This document shows positions 58,185-64,000 of a DNA stretch of 64,000 nt, in pieces. The position numbers and the translations under genes were made by a program. The DNA is taken from positions 156,549 through 220,548 of the forward strand of contig JBKJIT010000003.1 of NCBI GenBank assembly GCA_046598345.1. Direction: 5' to 3'. Each line of letters starts with the position of its first letter. The stretch's first letter is position 1. The DNA is from Minisyncoccia bacterium (GTDB taxonomy: Bacteria; Patescibacteriota; Minisyncoccia; Phycocordibacterales; UBA918). The notes under the pieces are model-generated. The model had not been told where the DNA came from. It worked only from the letters and a program-made list of their open reading frames with translations, and made no database searches.

Positions 58185-59048
58185 ATGCTCGCGGGAATGA
58201 AAAAATGTCTTCTCGGAGCCCTGGTATTTGCCGTTGCTTTTAGCTATGGAGCAGTTTACCTACTCGAAGCAGAAGAGGTGAGGACTCTTGAGGACTTGTA
58301 CGAGCTTGCTCGCACTCACCCCGATGTCGCTCTGGATAAGATTCCATATATAATAAATGCGAATCCAGAGTTAATGAACCGCTGTCACGAAATTACGCAC
58401 AATATTGGACATATTGCGTACTCAGCTTTTCAAGAGCGTGCGTTTGATTTTGTTAGGCCTATGTGTGGAGCGGGATATCTACACGGAGCTTTAGAGGAGG
58501 CTGTAACATTGGACAGTGTAACTTCACTTGTGGGCGAAGTTCATAAGGTGTGTAAAGAAAATCAAATTGAAGCCTGTCTCCATGGGTTAGGGCATGCCAT
58601 ATTCAATGTAACCCAAAATACAAGCTCAGCTATAGATTTATGTAAAGGAATCACAAGCGAGCATACAGATTGCTATGATGGGGTATTTATGGAACAGTTC
58701 GACTCTGAAAGCTCTCCTATAAAGATTTCTTATAGTGATGGAATGAGTGTATGTCTGAATATGGATCATGACATCCAGGCAAGCTGTTTCTTTTATCTAC
58801 CTAGAACATTGAAGGATCAAGCTGCTAGTGAAGTTGCAATACAGTGTAATGAGCTTGAAACGCCATCTAATTTTATTTGTGCTCAGGGTAGCGGGGTCAT
58901 GTTTATGAAGTATGAACGAACATTTGACACTAACAATGCTCGTAGTATGTGTGACGCTTATGTAGACGCGAAGTTAAAGCAGCCATGCTTAGTTGGAGTA
59001 GAAAGCTACAGTCAATTTGGTTCTTTAGAGAATTCCCGCTGGCAGTAA
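58185..59048 (+). CDS. secreted Cys/His-rich hypothetical protein with an HExxH motif
   Basis: signal peptide; CHEITHNIGH and CLHGLGHAIF; 14 Cys. Confidence 0.45.
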   Translation: MLAGMKKCLLGALVFAVAFSYGAVYLLEAEEVRTLEDLYELARTHPDVALDKIPYIINANPELMNRCHEITHNIGHIAYSAFQERAFDFVRPMCGAGYLHGALEEAVTLDSVTSLVGEVHKVCKENQIEACLHGLGHAIFNVTQNTSSAIDLCKGITSEHTDCYDGVFMEQFDSESSPIKISYSDGMSVCLNMDHDIQASCFFYLPRTLKDQAASEVAIQCNELETPSNFICAQGSGVMFMKYERTFDTNNARSMCDAYVDAKLKQPCLVGVESYSQFGSLENSRWQ

Positions 59049-59064
59049 GTTCCAACTTCGTCCC
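59047..59064 (+). repeat. AAGTTCCAACTTCGTCCC motif copy overlapping the stop codon
   Basis: read directly from sequence. Confidence 0.6.
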
Positions 59065-59104
59065 TCATATAAAGCTCACGTATACTTTTGGTATACTCAT
59101 GTAA

Positions 59105-59845
59105 ATGGGAAACTTTGAAATGAAGAAACTACTTTTTTACCTGGCCCTCGGTATATTTTTTCTCCTTGTACTCGACACGACTCGGACTTACTTACTTTTT
59201 AGAAAGAGTAAAAGTTTAGTAGAGAAATCCATTCCTTTTGAACGTATAAACGAAAAAGCCGAACAGAAGATCCTGGTTCTTGGAGACAGTACGGCAGTGG
59301 GGACGGGGGTAGAGGAGCCCTCTCTTAGTACTGCCGGTCGTTTGAGTGCCCTCTATCCCGATGCAGAGGTACGGAATCTGGCACAAAATGGAATGCGTGT
59401 GAAAGGCTTAGTTTCAGTTATAGAAGAATTGAAACCGGAAGACCAGTTTTCACTCATACTGGTACAAATAGGGGCGAATGACATTATTCGACTTACCTCA
59501 TTAAAAGACATTGAGAGCGATGCTGAGAAAATTCTTAGTCAGCTCAGAGAACATTCAAGCACTGTACTGATTTTACATTCTGGAAATGTAGGAGAAGCAC
59601 TCTTCTTTCCTCGATATTTTCGTCCACTGTTATCACGACGAAGTCTAGAAGTGCGCGAAATATATCAAAAATTGAGCAATACCCACGGAGCTACCTATGT
59701 AGATTTGATAGATTCAGAGATTGGGACATTACTTACAGAGCATCCCTCAAAATACTATGCAGCGGATTACCTACATCTCAGTGATGAGGGATACGGTCTG
59801 TGGTTTTCTGAAATCCAAAAAAGTTTAACGAACAAACCAATCTAG
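59105..59845 (+). CDS. SGNH/GDSL-family hydrolase
   Basis: ILVLGDSTAVGTGV block I (GDS), ...GANDI block III, DYLHLSDEGY block V (D..H). Confidence 0.75.
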   Translation: MGNFEMKKLLFYLALGIFFLLVLDTTRTYLLFRKSKSLVEKSIPFERINEKAEQKILVLGDSTAVGTGVEEPSLSTAGRLSALYPDAEVRNLAQNGMRVKGLVSVIEELKPEDQFSLILVQIGANDIIRLTSLKDIESDAEKILSQLREHSSTVLILHSGNVGEALFFPRYFRPLLSRRSLEVREIYQKLSNTHGATYVDLIDSEIGTLLTEHPSKYYAADYLHLSDEGYGLWFSEIQKSLTNKPI

Positions 59846-60340
59846 CACACCAGACATCGGATTTTATTTCGGAAGTAGTACTGGTATACAAAAAGTCACC
59901 ACTGTAACTCCGATTATTGTTGAATACTTTTTGAGCAGGAATCGTATGCTGTTGCCTGCTTTTGTACGTTGCTTCATTTCGCCTATTGTATCAGCAGTTT
60001 TAAAAGTTTTTGCTTAGGAAAATGACCTATATACATGAGGTGAGTGACGTATTGTGAGGGTGTATTATAGTGATATCTATGGCATTTACTTTTACCAAAG
60101 ATCCAAATAGCAGTGCACCGTTACTTAATACTCTACAGATATTCCTACTCGTGCTCATTGTGCTTGGGGTGATGCTCCTCGCGACGCAGGCACTCTGGGT
60201 ACCAAAGGTGGTGGATTACCTCATGCAGGAAGAAAGAGCACCAATTACGGAAGTGGGTACGCATATCCCGCCGTCAGAGGAAGGGGGGCAATAGACACAC
60301 ACCTGTGGATTACTAGAAGTACAGCAATAATAGCGCTCAC

Positions 60341-60718
60341 ATGACTAAACAAACACTCAAAGACATCTTTAAAATAAGTAGTATTCCAGTAGTACTCGCA
60401 TCGCTTTGTTGTTTTTCTCCCATCATTCTTGTGCTCCTTGGTGTTTCGACCGTGAGCTTTGCGTCGTCATTAGCTGACACCCTCTACGGCGAATATAAGT
60501 GGATATTTAGAGGAGTGGGTATTCTCGCGCTCCTTGTATCCCTCATGTATTATCTGCGGCGTAAGAAAGGAATTTGCACTATTGACGACCTGAAGCGGCG
60601 GCGGAATGAGGTCCTGAATTACATAGCGCTCGTTGTAATTTTGGGAGTCCTAGGCTACGTCTTCTTTCTCTACGTTGTGTTACATTATATCGGCGTGTGG
60701 CTTACTATTTGGCAATAA
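60341..60718 (+). CDS. small membrane protein (125 aa)
   Basis: three predicted TM helices; the ORF 60070..60294 upstream is also hydrophobic but weaker. Confidence 0.35.
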   Translation: MTKQTLKDIFKISSIPVVLASLCCFSPIILVLLGVSTVSFASSLADTLYGEYKWIFRGVGILALLVSLMYYLRRKKGICTIDDLKRRRNEVLNYIALVVILGVLGYVFFLYVVLHYIGVWLTIWQ

Positions 60719-60732
60719 TTACACATATATAT

Positions 60733-61185
60733 ATGGAAAAAATACATTTTGAGACGGTTATCAATGCTCCTCGAGAAAAGGTGTGGGACCTTATGCTGGG
60801 AGATGCCACGTATCGCGTCTGGACGAAGCCATTCAGTGGCAATTCATCCTTTAGAGGTGATTGGAGTGAGGGCTCGAAGATTATATTTGTTGGGGATGAT
60901 GGCAAAGGCGGAGGAGAGATGGGTATGGTGAGTCGGATTGCAGAAAATAGAAAGCCTGAGTTCATATCAATACAACACATGGGTATTTACAAGGATGGGA
61001 TTGAGGACACTCTGAGTGACGAAGCGAAGAAGTGGGCACTGTCATTTGAGAACTACACATTCTTAGAAGTTGAAGGGGGCACCAAGCTTATGGTTGATAT
61101 TGATGTGGAAGCAGAATACAAAGATATGTTCGGGAACATGTGGCCGGAGGCACTCAAAATTCTTAAAGAACTCGCGGAAGCATAA
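60733..61185 (+). CDS. SRPBCC / AHSA1-like protein (second copy in window)
   Basis: MEKIHFETVINAPREKVWDLM...; about 150 aa. Confidence 0.55.
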   Translation: MEKIHFETVINAPREKVWDLMLGDATYRVWTKPFSGNSSFRGDWSEGSKIIFVGDDGKGGGEMGMVSRIAENRKPEFISIQHMGIYKDGIEDTLSDEAKKWALSFENYTFLEVEGGTKLMVDIDVEAEYKDMFGNMWPEALKILKELAEA

Positions 61186-61212
61186 TTCCTAGACGGTAGA
61201 AAATATTTTTTT

Positions 61213-61860
61213 GTGATGAAACCTAGAATAATCGTATTCGATTTCGATGGGGTGATTTGTGACAGCATGCAGAATGTGCTGGAAGAACTTCGGCGTACAT
61301 ATCCTGAAATCACTCCCGAGATTCACCGAGAAATGGGGGTGGGGAATTGGTATGAGGAGATGGCAAAGCGGAATTTTGTGAAGATTGAAGAAACAGAAGA
61401 AGAAAAAGAACACCACAGGATTGAGTATGCACGGAAGAAGCTCGAAGTCCCCCTATTTGAAGGCATGCACGATCTTCTCAAGGCCTTGCATGAGCGGAAC
61501 TGCGTTCTTGCGCTCAGTACTGCTGCAAACGTAGCGAACTGCGTTCCCATTCTGGAGAAGAATGGGGTTCATGGGCTATTTGATTTTATCGGAACCAGAG
61601 AAGTTTCTCCGAGTAAGGTGGTTAAATTTAAAATTATTAGTGAGAAGTACGCAGTTGCACAAAGTGACATGGTGTTCGTGACGGATACCCTAGGGGACAT
61701 ACGTGAAGCCGACGAAGCGGGAGTGCCTACAATTGCCGTTACCTGGGGTTCTCATGACCGGTCACATTTCCTACGCGAACCCCACAAGAATCTCCTCAAG
61801 ATTGTAGATTCGGTTTTTGAGCTCAGAGCCATTCTTGAGGATGGTAAAATGAAAGCGTGA
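61213..61860 (+). CDS. HAD-superfamily hydrolase (phosphatase)
   Basis: IVFDFDGVICDS motif I, ...LSTA motif II, ...VTDTLGDIREADEAG motif IV. Confidence 0.75.
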   Translation: MMKPRIIVFDFDGVICDSMQNVLEELRRTYPEITPEIHREMGVGNWYEEMAKRNFVKIEETEEEKEHHRIEYARKKLEVPLFEGMHDLLKALHERNCVLALSTAANVANCVPILEKNGVHGLFDFIGTREVSPSKVVKFKIISEKYAVAQSDMVFVTDTLGDIREADEAGVPTIAVTWGSHDRSHFLREPHKNLLKIVDSVFELRAILEDGKMKA

Positions 61861-62215
61861 GTTTCGACAGATCTATTCCCAAGCATCTTTTTCGAGGAAG
61901 TGTCCTCGTACTTTTTGAAATCGGTATTGCGTTTATTTGCGTAAGAAGATATATATCCTTAACCAAGTCTCATCAGAGCTTACTTATACACAAGAAATTA
62001 TGGGGATGAAAGCACAGGTACTTGATGGAGATCTTACTCGAATAACGTAATCAACATGCGGTTCTTTTCACTCATCTCGCTCCTCGTTGTTGTTGGACTC
62101 ATTGTATGGATGAGTACAAAAAGTATCGATCAATCTGAAACAGTAGATGGAACTTCAGAAAGAAATATCCTCACACCAATTGACGAGGCCGAACATGCAA
62201 AATATTTAATTGAGT

Positions 62216-63259
62216 CTAGGAACCAAGCTGTGGAGTAGACGTGCTCATGTTGGCCATGAGTGTTATGCGTGTTGAGACATCATAAATACCCGTTACTCTG
62301 AGCTTTTTAAGAGTTTGGTATTCGCGTAAGGCTGCCTCAGTGAGTGAGCCAAAATAACCGGTCGCTCCGGCCTCGCGGAGAAGTGTCGTCTTCTCTCCCG
62401 CGTTCGACATCATGAGCGCCATTTGGAGTGTAACGACCGCGTCACTTCTTGAACCAAGTGCAAGTCCTGCGGGAACTCCATCGAGGGTGAAGTTCGATGT
62501 GAATGTATTGAGTGCCGCCCCAAGCGATTTGTCTAATACTATTTTGCTCTGCGCCGCCTCCAAGAAGAATCCGTTGTACCGCTCTACGAGGGACGTTGCG
62601 AGCCTGACACGTTCTTTGGAAGACTTGGTGTTCACGAGCATCCGGTTCGTAAACGTAATATGTTCTGTAAGGGTAAATTCTTTGGTAAGTCGAGGAAATG
62701 GATCAGTTGGTTTACTCTTTCGAATTTCGAGGTGGAGGTGGGGTGTACCACCTTTTGCATTTCCCGTATCACCGACCGTACCAATTACATCTCCTATCTC
62801 GAGAAACTGCCCTGCTTTAAGTGGCGCAATCGAAGCGAGGTGCATATACACAAATGTCTCTCCTCCAGGATTTCTTGTATACACGTATTTACCAGCACTC
62901 CCCTCTGAACCAGTTTTTATAACGACTGCCTTAGTCGGACTCACAATAGGGGTACCAGAAGGGGCGAGGATATCGAGCCCTTCATGGGTTCGTGTACCAC
63001 CACCCCGAGGGTCACCGAAATTTTCAGTGAGATCTTCAAGTTTTACTGTGAAGAGTACCGGAATTGGAAGATTCTGTACGGGATCGTCATCCAGTTTTTT
63101 TACATTTCTTCGAAAGGTAGTGGATTGCGAGCGCATCCAGTCCGTATATTCAGTAACGCCATCGTTGTCATTCGTGTGGGAAGCTTTCGAGTAACTTATG
63201 GGTCCGCTTACAAGCAATAAGAAGGTAATTATAATGAACGGGAATTGTTTTGGGGACAT
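62216..63259 (-). CDS. M23-family metallopeptidase (LytM-like) with a C-terminal peptidoglycan-binding domain
   Basis: HEGLDILAP...GTVGDTGNAKGGTPHLHLEI (M23 Hx3D and HxH motifs); C-terminal ...LREYQTLKKLRVTGIYDVSTR is PG_binding_1-like; signal peptide present. Confidence 0.8.
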   Translation of the reverse strand: MSPKQFPFIIITFLLLVSGPISYSKASHTNDNDGVTEYTDWMRSQSTTFRRNVKKLDDDPVQNLPIPVLFTVKLEDLTENFGDPRGGGTRTHEGLDILAPSGTPIVSPTKAVVIKTGSEGSAGKYVYTRNPGGETFVYMHLASIAPLKAGQFLEIGDVIGTVGDTGNAKGGTPHLHLEIRKSKPTDPFPRLTKEFTLTEHITFTNRMLVNTKSSKERVRLATSLVERYNGFFLEAAQSKIVLDKSLGAALNTFTSNFTLDGVPAGLALGSRSDAVVTLQMALMMSNAGEKTTLLREAGATGYFGSLTEAALREYQTLKKLRVTGIYDVSTRITLMANMSTSTPQLGS

Positions 63260-63399
63260 CTAAAAAGTATACCAGTCTTCATAATCTAGCCATGAAGGAA
63301 TTCATTCACATGAGAGGGTAGGGGCGATTTATAGACTTGTAGAAGTTGATGAAATAGAAGAAGGTATTGAGATAATGAGTAGGCTATAGCATAATCGCG

Positions 63400-63660
63400 C
63401 GAGTTAGTTTTTTGGTGGCGAGTGAATAAATGCTTCGATTCGGACGGTGCCACCATCAACCGCGACGAAGTCGCGGTTGAGAATTTTTGAGGGGCGAATA
63501 GTAAGCTGTGGCGAGGATCCAAGTGCCCCTCACCCCGCGCTGACTCATCAGCGCGGGAACTCTTTCGGGTGGCGAGTCGCAACTTGTTGCGATGGAACGA
63601 CTGCCACCTTAAAACCCGCGTTTCGACGCGGGTTTTCTTTTGGCAAAATTTGAAGGGCTG
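63400..63660 (+). ncRNA. candidate structured RNA (unclassified) between two direct repeats CATGAAGGAATTCATT
   Basis: two similar modules GGTGGCGAGT-N25-GAC.GTGCCACC at 63415 and 63572, internal hairpins (aaccgcgac-gaa-gtcgcggtt; cccgcgctga...agcgcggg), terminal terminator aaacccgcgtttcgacgcgggtttt; no ORF. Confidence 0.25.
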
Positions 63661-63767
63661 CCTCTGTCTTCATAATCCCCCATGAAGGAATTCATTACGT
63701 AAGCGGGATTGCGTACATCTCAGATGACAGGGTGAGGGCAATGTACAGACTCGTACGTACTAAAGAA

Positions 63768-63802
63768 GACTGACATTAAAACCCCGCGCCAATCTCTGGC
63801 GC
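63768..63802. terminator. hairpin aaaaccccgcgcc-aatctct-ggcgcggggttttt
   Basis: GC-rich stem with A and T flanks. Confidence 0.6.
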
Positions 63803-64000
63803 GGGGTTTTTAACATTTTGTGCATTCCATCACTACTTTTCTTAATACCGCTCCATATCAGTTTCAAGTTCTGAAGTACGGGTACGTTCTTCAAGTTCCA
63901 TTTCTTGTCGTGTGTCTTCTTTGGCTCGTTTAGCTGCTTCGCGCATTTCATTCCAGCGGGCTTTGAAATTCGCTTTCACCCGTTCCACATGGGAAATGCT

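Overview
Organism and scope: this is a bacterial chromosomal window read under the standard genetic code (release factor 2 is present, so UGA is a stop). It carries housekeeping genes, a complete competence-like type IV pilus cluster and an extracytoplasmic methionine-sulfoxide-repair cluster. It also carries many tRNA genes set in unusual repeat-rich surroundings. Scarce ribosome-binding sites and apparently co-transcribed, often short or leaderless genes resemble a small-genome Patescibacteria/CPR-like organism; that is inference only. All calls are made by eye from the sequence and the six-frame track; no searches were run.

Main coding content:
- Housekeeping: FtsH C-terminus, RecG, malic enzyme, PrmC, ComFC, LigA, GatC/GatA, RF2, FtsE/FtsX, PyrG.
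- Pilus cluster: PilM, N, O, B, T, C, two pilins, PilD, four pseudopilins, and a CheY-like receiver.
- Redox repair: MsrA/B fusion, a DedA-family protein, an FAD disulfide oxidoreductase, a Met-rich thioredoxin-like protein, a CcdA-thioredoxin fusion, and a DM13 protein.
- Others: GH3 hydrolase, ArsR plus an AHSA1-like protein, GNAT, an XRE regulator, SGNH hydrolase, HAD phosphatase, an M23 peptidase, and a peptidoglycan amidase.

Most interesting locus (34.1-37.1 kb): two tRNA genes are interrupted in the anticodon loop by small group I introns.
- They reconstruct as tRNA-Asp(GUC) and tRNA-Thr(GGU).
- P1 and P10 pairings can be drawn by hand, and the conserved R and S elements are present.
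- Each tRNA is immediately preceded by a free-standing LAGLIDADG homing-endonuclease gene; one stop codon lies inside the tRNA 5' exon.
- The locus is bounded by mirror-image copies of the tRNA-Asp 3' end plus hairpins.

Across the window, nearly every tRNA is accompanied by a partial copy of its own 3' or 5' end roughly 10-170 bp away. This applies to Ile-UAU, Ser-GCU, fMet, Met, Asp, Thr-GGU and Gln. Two dispersed repeat families carry these pieces.

Other mobile or repeat features:
- An IS200/REP-associated tyrosine transposase (RAYT-like) gene, flanked by CATAGG hairpins, sits inside the pilus operon.
- A composite intergenic repeat (AAGTTCCAACATCGTCCC plus GGTAACC-centred palindromes) marks gene boundaries across the AT-richer 45-59 kb cassette-like region.

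Smaller points:
- A nucleotidyltransferase gene is split by a frameshift in a T6 run.
- An apparent tRNA-Ile(UAU) is present.
- A 1.2 kb ORF-poor, GC-rich stretch may hold a structured RNA, and a second candidate lies at the window end.
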